DNA of 64,000 nucleotides from Alphaproteobacteria bacterium (GCA_964291215.2 OZ219790.1:640001-704000); one strand, 5' to 3'. Positions 42,576 through 53,351 are shown, counted from the stretch's first letter. A program made the numbers and translations. The notes: generated by a model from the sequence alone, not told the origin.

Positions 42576-42617
42576 GCCGCAGACAATCCGACCCCGGCAG
42601 ACCGTGAAGCCATCGCG

Positions 42618-43081
42618 ATGCGACCCACACAGCGTATATCGAGACATCGGTCGTGAGCTACCTGACCGCACGACCGGCGCGGGATGTAATCGTCGCGGCA
42701 TATCAGGAGATCGCCAGGGGGGGTGGCGCGACGCTCCTGACCGGTTTCTCGCGTCGGCCTGTCGTCGCGGAAGCTGGAGCGGGCGACCCTGAGGCTGCGC
42801 GCAGGCGGCTGGAGGCGCTCGAATCTGTCGCGTTTCTCGATGCGACACCGGAGGCGGAGAACCTCGCGCATTCTCTTATCGAAGCCGGCGCCGCGCCTCG
42901 GCAGGCCGCGGACGATGCAGCGCATATTGCCATCGCTGCTGCCAATGGCATCGACTTTCCGGTAACGTGGAACTTCCAGCATATCGCCAATACCGCAATG
43001 TGCACCAGCATCCAACAGGTTTGCTGCACGACGATAAAAACCGGCGCCAAGCCTTCCAACGAACGTGGCGTGGGGTCGTAG
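42618..43081 (+). pseudogene. PIN-domain (VapC-like) protein, frameshifted
   Basis: SYLTARPARDVIVAA, DAAHIAIAA..TWNFQHIAN. The N-terminal VYIET-like segment is out of frame. Confidence 0.7.
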
Positions 43082-43230
43082 TGCGCTGTCTTGCGATGAC
43101 CATTGACATCGCACGCCAAACAGCAACATTCTCAGCAGCCGCGATCCGTCCAACAATTCCGTCGCATGCTGCATCCGACACCGGTTGGCGGTGCCCGGGG
43201 ACGCGGCGTTCAAGAGGCGATGAGGTGAAC

Positions 43231-44046
43231 ATGGTCCCCAACGGGCTGAAACGGAAATGGACCGATGGGCACGGCACGATCAATGGCTGGTTGTCAATCG
43301 GCAACGCGTTCAGCGCCGAGATCATGGGACAGCAGGGCTATGACAGCATCACGATCGACATCCAGCACGGATTTCTCGATTACGGCGATGCCCGGAGCAT
43401 GCTGCAGGCGCTGAGAGCCAGCGGCGTGACGTCCATGACTCGTGTCCCGTGGCTTGAGCCTGGCATCATCATGAAGGTCCTCGACGCCGGCGCCTACGGC
43501 GTGATCTGTCCTATGATCAACACCGCCGAACAAGCGGCAGCGCTTGTCGACTGCATGCGCTATCCGCCGCTCGGAAACCGGAGTTTCGGCCCAACGCGCG
43601 TGAACTTCGCGGCAGGAAGCGACTACGCGTCGGAAGCAAACGACAACATGCTCGCCTTCGCCATGATCGAGACCGCTGAGGGGCTCGCGAATGTCGAGGC
43701 GATCTGCGCAACTGCAGGGCTCGACGGCATCTATATCGGGCCGTCCGACCTTACGCTCAGCGTTACCTGCGGCCGACTGGCACCCGGGTTCGACCGCGAG
43801 GAACCCGAAATGATCGAGGCGATTCGCAAGATCCTTCAGGCGGCAAAGACTGCGGGCATACGCGCTGGTATACATTGCGGCACACCGGACTACGCGGCGC
43901 GCATGATCAGCTGGGGTTTCGACATGACGACAATCTCCGGCGACACACGGCTTCTCGCGGCTGCAGCGGCCGCGAGCGTCGGCGAGGCGCGCCGCCTGAT
44001 CGGACAGACACGCCGGGAAAGGGAGGGTAGCAAGGGCGAATGCTGA
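43231..44046 (+). CDS. HpcH/HpaI aldolase family protein
   Basis: IDIQHG, LDAGAYGVICPM, RYPPLGNRSFG, MIET, YIGPSDL. Confidence 0.9.
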   Translation: MVPNGLKRKWTDGHGTINGWLSIGNAFSAEIMGQQGYDSITIDIQHGFLDYGDARSMLQALRASGVTSMTRVPWLEPGIIMKVLDAGAYGVICPMINTAEQAAALVDCMRYPPLGNRSFGPTRVNFAAGSDYASEANDNMLAFAMIETAEGLANVEAICATAGLDGIYIGPSDLTLSVTCGRLAPGFDREEPEMIEAIRKILQAAKTAGIRAGIHCGTPDYAARMISWGFDMTTISGDTRLLAAAAAASVGEARRLIGQTRREREGSKGEC

Positions 44047-44386
44047 TGCTTCGCATCCTGATGCCGAGCAACTTTGGATGTCCGGCCGCGCCCTGCCCGA
44101 CCGTGCGGAGAGCTTCGTCTGCGATCACCTGCCAAACCCTGATCCAGCGGTCTGCGTCGCCCGGACCAGGGGAGTTATGCCCGCCATCCGTTCCCGCGCC
44201 TCAGAACATCCGACTGATGCAGCGCCCTCCGAGCGCTGACGGCGGATTGCAGGCGCAGTGCCTGCCCGGGTTACCCTCCCGGCCCTTCCCGGGTTCTATC
44301 GCGGAACATTGAGCGCAACGCCACCGCGGTCCCCGAGCGACCACGCCGCAAGCAATCCACACAGTTCAGCCATCAAGGAGATACCG

Positions 44387-45031
44387 ATGGACATCAAGCT
44401 CTACTATGCTCCCATAACCTGTGCTCTCGCACCCTACGTCACGCTCACCGAGGCTGGCGCCGAGTTCGAGGTGGAAACACTCGATTTCAAGAGGGAACAA
44501 CATAAATCACCGGAGTACCTGGCGATCAATCCGAAGCACAAGGTCCCGCTGCTCATGGTTGATGGAAGAAAATTGACCGAGAACGTGGCAATCCACCAAT
44601 GGGTGGCGCGCACCTTTCCCGAGGCCCGAATCCTGCCCGAGGACCCATGGCTCGAACTCCAGGCGGTATCGATGCTGTCCTGGTGCTCCGGCGGCATTCA
44701 TCCGTTCCTGAGTCGCATCAATGCACCGTCGAGAGTATGCCAGATTCGGGAAGCAGCCGATGATATCAAGCGGGCCGCAGCTGAAGCGATATACGAGAAT
44801 TTCGAGATCGCGGACAGGCTCCTTGACGGGCGCGACTATTTCTTCGATCATTTCACGGCTCCCGATGCGCACTTCTTCTGGTGCTTCCGACGCGCCACGC
44901 AGTTCGGTCTCGATCTCTCGCCCTTCGGAAATTGCCAGGCTCATTTCGACCGGATGCATTTGCGGGCGAGCGTCCAGAATGTCCTCGCCTTCGAAAAAGA
45001 GGCCCAGGCGCGACTTGTGGAAGCGGCCTGA
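44387..45031 (+). CDS. Glutathione S-transferase family protein (beta-class-like)
   Basis: LYYAPITCAL, YLAINPKHKVP, LTENVAI. RBS AAGGAG. Confidence 0.9.
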   Translation: MDIKLYYAPITCALAPYVTLTEAGAEFEVETLDFKREQHKSPEYLAINPKHKVPLLMVDGRKLTENVAIHQWVARTFPEARILPEDPWLELQAVSMLSWCSGGIHPFLSRINAPSRVCQIREAADDIKRAAAEAIYENFEIADRLLDGRDYFFDHFTAPDAHFFWCFRRATQFGLDLSPFGNCQAHFDRMHLRASVQNVLAFEKEAQARLVEAA

Positions 45032-45045
45032 ACGTGGGGTAAGGC

Positions 45046-45747
45046 ATGGGTGCAGAAAAACCCGGTGAAGGTAGGGACGCGACACGGCGCATCCGGGTCT
45101 GGGACCGCCCGACGCGGATCTTTCACTGGGTGCTCGTCATACTGTTCGTGGTGTGCTTCATCAGCGGACGCCAAGAGCGCTTCGACGTTCACATTGTCGC
45201 TGGCCAGGCATTGCTGGTGCTCGTCGTCGCACGGGGGCTCTGGGGCCTCGTCGGCAGCGAGACCTCCCGGTTGCGCCGCCTCCTTCGTTCGCCCGCCGAG
45301 ATTGCGGCCTATCTCCGCGTCGTGTTTCGCCGCAAACCGGACCGCCATGCCGGCCACAATCCGCTCGGCGGCCTCTCGGTTCTGGCGATGCTAGCGGCGC
45401 TCCTCGCGCAGAGCGGCCTCGGTCTGTTCGCGGCAGATGTCGACGGGCTGCACGAAGGCCCGCTATCTTTCCTCGTGACCTACGATCTCGCCCGCGAGGC
45501 CGCAGAACTGCATGGGCTGGTCGTCGACATCCTGCTCGTACTCGTCGGCCTGCATCTCGCCGCGATCGTGTTCCACCTCCTCTACAAGCGGGAAAACCTC
45601 ACCGCCCCAATGGTAACCGGGCGCGCCGATGTCGCGGAGAAGTTCGAGGCGCCGCGCCTCGCTCCCGACAGCCGGGCGCTCCTGGTCCTCGCGGTTGCCG
45701 TCGTCGCGGTCGTCGGCGGAATCGAACTGGCCTCACTCATGTTGTAG
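45046..45747 (+). CDS. Cytochrome b/b6 domain membrane protein
   Basis: VWDRPTRIFHW, GHNPLG, H..H heme ligands, ENL..MVTG. Confidence 0.88.
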   Translation: MGAEKPGEGRDATRRIRVWDRPTRIFHWVLVILFVVCFISGRQERFDVHIVAGQALLVLVVARGLWGLVGSETSRLRRLLRSPAEIAAYLRVVFRRKPDRHAGHNPLGGLSVLAMLAALLAQSGLGLFAADVDGLHEGPLSFLVTYDLAREAAELHGLVVDILLVLVGLHLAAIVFHLLYKRENLTAPMVTGRADVAEKFEAPRLAPDSRALLVLAVAVVAVVGGIELASLML

Positions 45748-45749
45748 GC

Positions 45750-45773
45750 CCGCCGGGACGCCCTTCCCGGCGG
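45750..45773. terminator. Hairpin between the convergent cyt b and cyt c' genes
   Basis: Stem CCGCCGGGA / TCCCGGCGG with a 6-nt loop. Confidence 0.5.
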
Positions 45774-45782
45774 CGGCCGGGC

Positions 45783-46268
45783 TCAGCGCTTGTCGCGGAA
45801 TACCCGATGGCAGCCCGAGCAACCACTCCTGCCCACATCCGCAAATGCGTCGCCGACCTTCTCCTTGTCGCCCGCCGCAAGCGCGGCGGCCAGGACCGCC
45901 GCCCTGTCCTCGAGCATCTTCGCGGCCCTCGTGAACGCGTCCCATTGCTGCCAGATCTCCGGCTTTGATTCTGAATCGGACAGCACGTCCATGCCAGTTC
46001 CCGCCGGAAACAGGGACGGTATCCCCGCCGCCGTCTTGGCGATCGAAGATGCCGCCTTTGCGGCGTCCTCGACCGAGCCGCGGCCGGCCGTGTAGAACTT
46101 GAGCGTCCGCATCGCGCCGCCCATGGATTTCATGGCTGCACTCCGCTCCCCTTGAACCTTCTTCGCTTCCTGTTCGTCGGCAACCCGCTCCGGAGCCGCT
46201 GCGGCAATGCCGAGGAATGCCGCGAGCAGCACGCCGGCGGTGCCGACCGATATCTTCAAGACTGACAT
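45783..46268 (-). CDS. Cytochrome c' (class II cytochrome c)
   Basis: Signal peptide, LFPAGT, KPEIWQQW..F, C-terminal CSGCH..FR. Confidence 0.9.
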   Translation of the reverse strand: MSVLKISVGTAGVLLAAFLGIAAAAPERVADEQEAKKVQGERSAAMKSMGGAMRTLKFYTAGRGSVEDAAKAASSIAKTAAGIPSLFPAGTGMDVLSDSESKPEIWQQWDAFTRAAKMLEDRAAVLAAALAAGDKEKVGDAFADVGRSGCSGCHRVFRDKR

Positions 46269-46813
46269 AACACTATCTCCCACCCTCGCCGGGAATCTGC
46301 TGGCAGAGGCATCTCAGGCGCCACGAAAGGCCCGGAACACCACCCCGCGCGACATGGCACCATGTCTCGGGCACCGCGTTCCCGTGGCGTTTCTTCTAGC
46401 ACGGTCGCTGCGCGCCGAATACTCCTGCGGCATCGCTTCCTGTAACCGCGCAACCTCGGTGGAAGGCACGTAGCCGCAGGAGGACCTAGTTTCCGGTTGC
46501 GATCGGATTTGCAGAGAATATTCGACACAATCCGAAATGTCTTCAGATCGAGCCGGAACCAGTTGTTCTCATCGTCGGAAACCGACGATCCTCCGCCGAC
46601 GCGAATACGGGACGGCTCTCGAAATCGACCAATACCGAGCAGAGCAGGATTCGCCGCAGCGCTGGCGGAAGTCCGCCAGCGGGCAACCCCGACGGCGCAA
46701 TGGAATTCCTGTCCGGACAACCTATATTGTGCATTCTGAGGCCGAACCGCTCCGCATCCTGCGCTCGCATCCGCGGACGCCCGGTTCCGGCATTGCGAGG
46801 AGGACATTCCACT

Positions 46814-48157
46814 ATGAACGGCACACGCCAGCTCCACCTGAACGCCTTCATGCGCCCGGCGACCATTCACGCCGGTGGCTGGCGTTATCCGGGCGCCTAT
46901 GCCGACGCAAACTTCAACCTCAGGCACATGAAGTATTTCGCGACCCGCCTGGAAGATGGACGGTTCGACGGCATCTTTCTCGCCGATCACCTTGCCGTCC
47001 TGAATATGCCCGTCGAGGCCCTTCGCCGCTCGGTCACGCCGACCTCGTTCGAGCCTTTCACCCTCCTCTCGGCGCTCGCAATGATCACGAACCACATAGG
47101 CCTGCTGGCAACCGGCTCGACAACTTACGACGAGCCGTTCCACATCGCCCGCCGGTTCGCCTCGCTCGATCACCTCAGCGACGGGCGGGCCGGCTGGAAC
47201 ATCGTCACCACCTCGAATCCGGACGCGTCGAGAAATTTCGGGCGCGAAGAGCATCTGGAACACGGAGACCGCTACCGGCGGGCGCGCGAATTTCATGACG
47301 TGGTAACCGGCCTCTGGGACAGCTGGGCAGACGACGCCTTTGTCCGCGACCAGAAGCGCGGCATTCTGATGGAACCGGACCGCATGCATGTCCTCGATCA
47401 CCGTGGCGAATTCTTCAACGTCCGCGGACCGCTCAACATCGCGCGCCCGATCCAGGGTTGGCCGGTCATCGTCCAGGCCGGAGGATCGGACGCCGGACGC
47501 CAGCTCGCAGCCGAGACCGCGGAAGCCGTCTTCGCTGCCCAAGCCAATCTTGAGGCAGGCCAGGCGTTCTACAAGGATGTCAAGGGCCGCATGGCGGCAG
47601 TTGGACGCAATCCTGAATTTCTCAAGATCATGCCGGCCTGCCTCGTGGTGCTCGGTGACAGCGTCGAGGAGGCGCAGGCCAAGCGGGCGCGGCTCGATAG
47701 CCTGGTCCACGAGGAAAGCGCGATCGCCTCGCTGTCGATTGCTCTCGGGTGCGATGCTTCCGACTTTGACCTCGACGGCCCGCTGCCACCCATTCCCGAA
47801 AGCAATGCCACGAAATCCGGGCGGGAGCGCGCGATCGCACTCGCCGAGCGCGACGGGCTGACGGTGCGCCAGCTCGCGCAGCGCCTCGGCGGATATTCCG
47901 GCCTCGCGATGGTCGGCACCGCACGCACTGTCGCCGACGAGATGGAGGAATGGCTCGAGACCCGCGCCAGCGACGGCTTCACGATCATGTTCCCCTTCCT
48001 GCCCCAAGGGCTCGATGACGTCGTCGACCGGCTGATTCCCGAACTTCAGGACCGTGGCCTGTTCCGACAGGCCTACGAAGGCCAAACACTGCGCGAGGTT
48101 ATGGGCCTGCCGCGGCCCGAAAACAGGTTCTTCTCCGACCGACAAGCCGCCGAATAG
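46814..48157 (+). CDS. NtaA/DmoA/SnaA-family FMN-dependent monooxygenase
   Basis: FDGIFLAD, FEPFTLLSALA, ARRFASLDHLSDGRAGWNIVT, QAGGS..G. Confidence 0.9.
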   Translation: MNGTRQLHLNAFMRPATIHAGGWRYPGAYADANFNLRHMKYFATRLEDGRFDGIFLADHLAVLNMPVEALRRSVTPTSFEPFTLLSALAMITNHIGLLATGSTTYDEPFHIARRFASLDHLSDGRAGWNIVTTSNPDASRNFGREEHLEHGDRYRRAREFHDVVTGLWDSWADDAFVRDQKRGILMEPDRMHVLDHRGEFFNVRGPLNIARPIQGWPVIVQAGGSDAGRQLAAETAEAVFAAQANLEAGQAFYKDVKGRMAAVGRNPEFLKIMPACLVVLGDSVEEAQAKRARLDSLVHEESAIASLSIALGCDASDFDLDGPLPPIPESNATKSGRERAIALAERDGLTVRQLAQRLGGYSGLAMVGTARTVADEMEEWLETRASDGFTIMFPFLPQGLDDVVDRLIPELQDRGLFRQAYEGQTLREVMGLPRPENRFFSDRQAAE

Positions 48158-48229
48158 GACGCGGCGACTGGCATTCCGGGGATCAATCCGCTAAGAAGCG
48201 CATCACGCCGACAGGGAGACGACCAGCAC

Positions 48230-49372
48230 ATGCTAGGACTGACCGACATCGATCCGGACGGCCTTCTCGAATACTCGGTGGTCTTCACCGACCGCTCGCT
48301 GAATCACATGTCCCGCAGTTTCCAGACGGTCATGAACGAGGTCTCGGGAGTCCTGCGCCAAGTGTACAATGGCCGTGCGGTGGCCTTGGTCCCTGGCGGC
48401 GGCACCTACGGCATGGAAGCGGTAGCGCGCCAGTTCGCCACCGGGCGCAAGTGTCTCGTTCTGCGCAACGGCTGGTTCAGCTACCGCTGGAGCCAGATCT
48501 TTGCCGCTGGCGCCATTCCTGCCAAGGAGATCGTGCTCAAGGCCCGGCCCGTGGAAGACGGCGAACAGGCGGCCTTCGCGCCCGCGCCGGTCGAGGAAGC
48601 GGTTCGCACGATCGACGAAGAAGCGCCAGACATCGTCTTCGCGCCGCACGTGGAGACGGCCTCGGGCATGATCCTTACCGACGACTACATGCAGGCGGTT
48701 GCAAACGCCACGCACCGCTCGGGCGGCCTCTTCGTGCTCGACTGCATCGCGTCGGGCGCGATGTGGGTCGACATGGAGCAGATCGGCGTCGACATTCTGA
48801 TCAGCGCTCCGCAGAAGGGCTGGAGCGCATCGCCCTGCAGCGCCCTCGTGCTCCTGTCCGAGCGGGCCCGGGATGCCATCGGGAGCACCACCAGTTCAAG
48901 TTTCGCCGCCGATCTGAGGAAATGGCTGCAGATCATGGAAGCCTACGAGGGTGGCGGGCACGCCTATCACGCGACCATGCCGACGGACGCCATCGTGCGC
49001 TTTCACAGCGCGATGAGGGAGACCGAGGCCTTCGGTTTCGACCGCGCCCGTGCAAACCAGCAGGCACTGGGATCCAGGGTCCGCAGGCTCTTTGCCGGCC
49101 GCGGATTCAGGAGCCTTGCCGCCCCGGGGTTCGAGGCGCCCGGCGTGGTCGTCAATTACACCGACGATCCCGATCTGCACAACGGCAGCAAGTTCGCTGC
49201 CGCCGGGCTGCAGACGGCAGCCGGAGTACCTCTGATGTGCGACGAGCCCGAGAGTTTCCGAACCTTCCGGGTAGGGCTCTTCGGGCTCGACAAACTTGGC
49301 AACATCGACCGCACCGTAGCCAGCCTCGAGACGGCGCTTGACCAGGCAGTCGGTACGGCAAATGTCCGCTAG
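48230..49372 (+). CDS. Class V PLP aminotransferase (serine-pyruvate/alanine-glyoxylate-like)
   Basis: LLEYSVVFTDRSLNHMS, HVETASG, LDCIASG, SAPQKGW. Confidence 0.88.
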   Translation: MLGLTDIDPDGLLEYSVVFTDRSLNHMSRSFQTVMNEVSGVLRQVYNGRAVALVPGGGTYGMEAVARQFATGRKCLVLRNGWFSYRWSQIFAAGAIPAKEIVLKARPVEDGEQAAFAPAPVEEAVRTIDEEAPDIVFAPHVETASGMILTDDYMQAVANATHRSGGLFVLDCIASGAMWVDMEQIGVDILISAPQKGWSASPCSALVLLSERARDAIGSTTSSSFAADLRKWLQIMEAYEGGGHAYHATMPTDAIVRFHSAMRETEAFGFDRARANQQALGSRVRRLFAGRGFRSLAAPGFEAPGVVVNYTDDPDLHNGSKFAAAGLQTAAGVPLMCDEPESFRTFRVGLFGLDKLGNIDRTVASLETALDQAVGTANVR

Positions 49373-49411
49373 GCCGCGGCGCAAATGACCGCATAACGGG
49401 GTGATCAAGAG

Positions 49412-50617
49412 ATGGCTGACAGCTACATCCCTTATGGCAGTTACTGGAGCACTCCCTTCGCCAAGTGGCAGGGCGCCCTGAGTCACCTGAACTCGGTCGA
49501 GTTCGCTGCCCATGTCGCGCGCGCCGAACTCGAAGATCGGGACATCGAAGCGACGAGTTTCGACACCGCCATACTGGGCATCACCGTCCCCCAGCAAAAA
49601 TCGTTCTACGGAACGCCGTGGCTGACCGCCATGATCGGTGCCGACCGCCTGACCGGCCCCACCGTGAGCCAGGCCTGCGCGACCTCGGTCAGGTGCCTCC
49701 GGAACGCGCGCTCCGAGATCTCCAGCGGCACCGTGAACTCAGCGCTGGTCGTCACTGCCGACCGGACCTCGAACGGCCCGACGCTGTCCTTCCCCGACCC
49801 CACCGCGCCAGGCGCGCAACCGTCCAGCGAGCACTGGATCATCGATAATTTCAACCGCGATCCCTATGCCGGGCTTGCGATGGTCGAGACCGCGGAGAAT
49901 GTGGCCCGACGCTGGCAGATCACCACCGCCGAACAACACGATGTCGTACTGTGCCGCCACGAGCAGTACGGCCAGGCGACGGCCGACGACAATGCCTTCC
50001 ACAAGCGCTACATCAGGCTGCCCTTCGAGGTGCCGGACCGCCGGTTCCGAAAGACCGCCACAGTCCTCGACGGCGACGAGGGCATCTATCCGACGACCCC
50101 GGAAAAGCTCGCCTCGCTCAGGCCGGTCATTGCCGAAGGCACGGTCACCTTCGCCGGCCAGACCCACCCGGCCGACGGCAACACGGCGATGATCGTGACC
50201 ACCCGTGACCGCGCGCGCGAGATGTCGCGCGACCCCGGCATCGAGATCCGCGTCGCCGGCCTCGGCGAAGCGCGGACGGAAAAGGGGTACATGCCCCACG
50301 CCCCGGTGCTCGCGTCACAGAAGGCGCTTGATGACGCCGACATCGCGCTCGACGACGTCAGCGCCGTCAAGACCCACAATCCCTTTGCCGTGAACGATAT
50401 CGTGTTCTGCCGCGAGACCGGCCACGACATCGAACGGATGAACAATTTCGGCTGCTCGTTGATCTGGGGGCATCCACAGGGGCCAACTGGGCTTCGTGCC
50501 ATATGCGAACTGATCGAGGAACTGGTCCTGCTCGGCGGCGGCTACGGTCTGTTCAACGGCTGCGCCGCAGGCGACAGCGCAATGGCGGCCATCTTCCATG
50601 TTAACGATGTCGCCTGA
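49412..50617 (+). CDS. Thiolase-family protein with atypical motifs
   Basis: SQACATS, HPADG, KTHNPFA, WGHPQGPTG, GCAAGD. Confidence 0.85.
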   Translation: MADSYIPYGSYWSTPFAKWQGALSHLNSVEFAAHVARAELEDRDIEATSFDTAILGITVPQQKSFYGTPWLTAMIGADRLTGPTVSQACATSVRCLRNARSEISSGTVNSALVVTADRTSNGPTLSFPDPTAPGAQPSSEHWIIDNFNRDPYAGLAMVETAENVARRWQITTAEQHDVVLCRHEQYGQATADDNAFHKRYIRLPFEVPDRRFRKTATVLDGDEGIYPTTPEKLASLRPVIAEGTVTFAGQTHPADGNTAMIVTTRDRAREMSRDPGIEIRVAGLGEARTEKGYMPHAPVLASQKALDDADIALDDVSAVKTHNPFAVNDIVFCRETGHDIERMNNFGCSLIWGHPQGPTGLRAICELIEELVLLGGGYGLFNGCAAGDSAMAAIFHVNDVA

Positions 50618-50669
50618 CGGCGATGCCTCAACTCCGGCGTCCGGCCGGATAAAACAAAGGCCCTGATCC

Positions 50670-52160
50670 ATGCTCAAGACCGGCGAACAGCATCTCGATT
50701 CACTACGCGACGGGCGTAGGGTCTATATCGGCAACGAACTGGTCGAGGACGTCACCGCGCACCCGGCGTTCCGGAACGCGGCACAGTCGTTCGCGATGAT
50801 CTACGACCGCAAGCGCGATCCAGAGAATGTCGATGTCATGGCTTACGAAGCCGACGACGGCGAGCTCTCCTCGAGTTGGTTTCTCAAGCCGAAGACGAAG
50901 GACGACCTGCGTCGACGCTCCGAGACCCATCGCCGGGTCGCCGAATGGTCCTACGGGCTGCTCGGCCGGTCGCCCGACCACGTAGCAAGCTTCGTGACCG
51001 GCCTGACTTTCCGCCACGATCTGTTCGACGACAACCGCAAGGGCGCCGGCGCCCATCTCGAAGCCTATTACGATGACATGCGGCACAACGACACCTTCGC
51101 CTGCTACACGGTGCTTCCACCCCAGGGAGCCCGCCAGCCGGAACTCTATCTGCGCGAGGGCCTCAAGGTACCGACGCTCCAGGTCACCGGTGAGGATTCG
51201 GACAGCGTGATCCTGAACGGGATGAAGATGCTCGGCACCTCGGCCGTCTTCGCCAACGAGACCTGGGTCGGCAACCTTCTGCCGCTCGGCGCGGACCAGG
51301 CGGCAGAGAGCGTTACCTGCGCCGTCCCGCTCAATGCGCCGGGGGTCACGATCTGGACCCGCAAACCGTTCGAACGGTACGCAATCTCCGAGTTCGACTC
51401 GCCATTTTCCTGGCGTTTCGACGAAACCGACGCGATGGTCCTGTTCGAGGATGTCAGGGTTCCATGGGAACGGGTATTCACCCACAATGATGCCCCGCTG
51501 TCGCGCGAGATCTATTTCCAGACGCCGAGCCACATCATGGGCAACCACCAGTCCAATGTCCGCTTTCACGAAAAGCTCAAGCTCCTGCTCGGCATTGCGC
51601 ACAAGTCGGCGGAACTGAACAACGTGCTTCAGGTTCCGGCGGTGCGAGACACGCTAGGCCGGCTGGCTGCCGGCGAAGCCGGCCTCGGCGCGATGATCGC
51701 CGGCCAGATCGAGGCCGCCGGGGAAATGGTTCCCGGTTACCTCAATGTGAACCTCCGCTATATGTACGGTGCGCTCCATTGGTGTACCCAGAACTACGCC
51801 GATATCTGCGAGATCGTGCGCGAACTGATGGGTGGCGGCCCGTTCCAGATGCCGGCCGATGTCTCGGTGATCGCCGACCCAGAACTCAAGGAGAAGTTCG
51901 AGACCTACTGGTCGGTTCCTGGCCAGTCAGCGGTCGAGCGCATGAAGTTCCTGAAACTGGGCTGGGACCTGCTCGGCAGCGACTTTGCCGGACGGCACCA
52001 GCAGTACGAGCGCTTCTATGCCGGTCCTGCCTTCATCAACACACTCTACAACTTCCTCAACTGCCCATGGCAGAACATGACCGACATCGTCGACGGCGCG
52101 CTGACCTCCTACGGGACGCCGCAAATCGAGCAGGTGCGCCGCCCGCTCGCCGCGGAGTGA
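50670..52160 (+). CDS. 4-hydroxyphenylacetate 3-hydroxylase (HpaB-like) family protein
   Basis: SLRDGRRVY..DVTAHPAF, GRSPDH, RFDETDA..FEDVRVPWERVF, GRHQQYERFYAG. Confidence 0.88.
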   Translation: MLKTGEQHLDSLRDGRRVYIGNELVEDVTAHPAFRNAAQSFAMIYDRKRDPENVDVMAYEADDGELSSSWFLKPKTKDDLRRRSETHRRVAEWSYGLLGRSPDHVASFVTGLTFRHDLFDDNRKGAGAHLEAYYDDMRHNDTFACYTVLPPQGARQPELYLREGLKVPTLQVTGEDSDSVILNGMKMLGTSAVFANETWVGNLLPLGADQAAESVTCAVPLNAPGVTIWTRKPFERYAISEFDSPFSWRFDETDAMVLFEDVRVPWERVFTHNDAPLSREIYFQTPSHIMGNHQSNVRFHEKLKLLLGIAHKSAELNNVLQVPAVRDTLGRLAAGEAGLGAMIAGQIEAAGEMVPGYLNVNLRYMYGALHWCTQNYADICEIVRELMGGGPFQMPADVSVIADPELKEKFETYWSVPGQSAVERMKFLKLGWDLLGSDFAGRHQQYERFYAGPAFINTLYNFLNCPWQNMTDIVDGALTSYGTPQIEQVRRPLAAE

Positions 52161-52187
52161 CGACGACGGCAGGAGCGATGCCGACCG

Positions 52188-52748
52188 CTATTCCGTCCCG
52201 TCAAGACGATGGCGGGAAATCAGCGGAATCTGGATCAGCATGAAGACGAACGTGATCGCGAGAATGCCGAACACCTTGAATGAAATCCAGACGTCCGTTG
52301 ACTGGGTCCGCCAGACAATTTCGTTGACCGCCGCCATGGCGAGGAAGAAAGCCGCGAAGTTGCGGGTGAGCTTGCGCCAGCCGGCATCGTTCATCGACCA
52401 GGCAGACCCCAGAACCGGCCTGAGCAGCGGCCTGCCGAACAGCAGGCCGCCGAACAGCACTGCGGCGATCAGGCCCTGAACGATGGTCGGCTTCATCTTG
52501 ATGAACATCTCGTCGTTGAGAATCAGCGTGAGTGCGCCGAACACCCCGACCACCACCGCCGTGATCACCGGCAGCACAGGGACCCGGCGGTTGACCACGA
52601 GCGAGACCGCGAGCGCGACTGCGGTCGCAGCCATCAGCGCCGCCGTCGCGACAAACAGGTCCCAGCCCACATAGGCGAGAAAGAACGCCGCCAGTGGGAC
52701 ATAGTCGCTGAACGCCTTGACCCGGGGATCTTCCTTGCTTTCCGCCAT
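52188..52748 (-). CDS. yciB: Intracellular septation protein A (inner membrane protein)
   Basis: FIKMKPTI, NEIVWR..WISFKVFG. Confidence 0.9.
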   Translation of the reverse strand: MAESKEDPRVKAFSDYVPLAAFFLAYVGWDLFVATAALMAATAVALAVSLVVNRRVPVLPVITAVVVGVFGALTLILNDEMFIKMKPTIVQGLIAAVLFGGLLFGRPLLRPVLGSAWSMNDAGWRKLTRNFAAFFLAMAAVNEIVWRTQSTDVWISFKVFGILAITFVFMLIQIPLISRHRLDGTE

Positions 52749-52865
52749 GTCTCGTTCCCGTCTCTCCAGCGCCGCTGATTCGGACGCAACGCCGCAACCG
52801 CCATGGAACCTGCCGTACCGCAGGCATCTTTTCCACTGCCCCGCCGGACAGCGAAGGCCTTCGTT

Positions 52866-53351
52866 ATGAGCAAAAATGTCAAGGATGTCGAACCTGGCCC
52901 GATCGCCGCGACCTGGTTCGAGGACATACGGATCGGCGACAGCGCCCGGGCCGGGCCAATCACGGTGACCGCCGAGGAAATCACGACGTTCGCCGCACGC
53001 TACGACCCTCTGCCCATGCATGTCACCGATACCGGCGGCAAAGCCAGCGTCCATGACAGCATCATCGCCTCGGGCGTACTGACGGTAGCGCTCAAGCAGC
53101 GCATGATCATGAGCATCGAACGAAACACCGCGATCATCGGGGCAGCAAGAATTGAAAATCAGAATTTTCTACACCCGGTCCGCGCCGGCGACGAACTCTC
53201 GCTGCAGGTCACATGCATTGCCAAGCGGGAGTCACGAACGCGCCCCGACCGCGGCCTCGCCACCTGGGACTTCGCAGTCTCGAACCAGCACGGCGACACG
53301 GTGTTCACGTCCCGCGACACCGTCATGATGCGGCGCCGGCCCGCTGGCTGA
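52866..53351 (+). CDS. MaoC-family dehydratase
   Basis: FEDIRIG, FAARYDPLPMH, IASG, FLHPVRAGDEL. Confidence 0.85.
   Translation: MSKNVKDVEPGPIAATWFEDIRIGDSARAGPITVTAEEITTFAARYDPLPMHVTDTGGKASVHDSIIASGVLTVALKQRMIMSIERNTAIIGAARIENQNFLHPVRAGDELSLQVTCIAKRESRTRPDRGLATWDFAVSNQHGDTVFTSRDTVMMRRRPAG

Noticed and set aside
44050-44335. Possible structured RNA or intron remnant between the aldolase and GST genes
   Set aside because: Some hairpins, but no diagnostic motif I can support.
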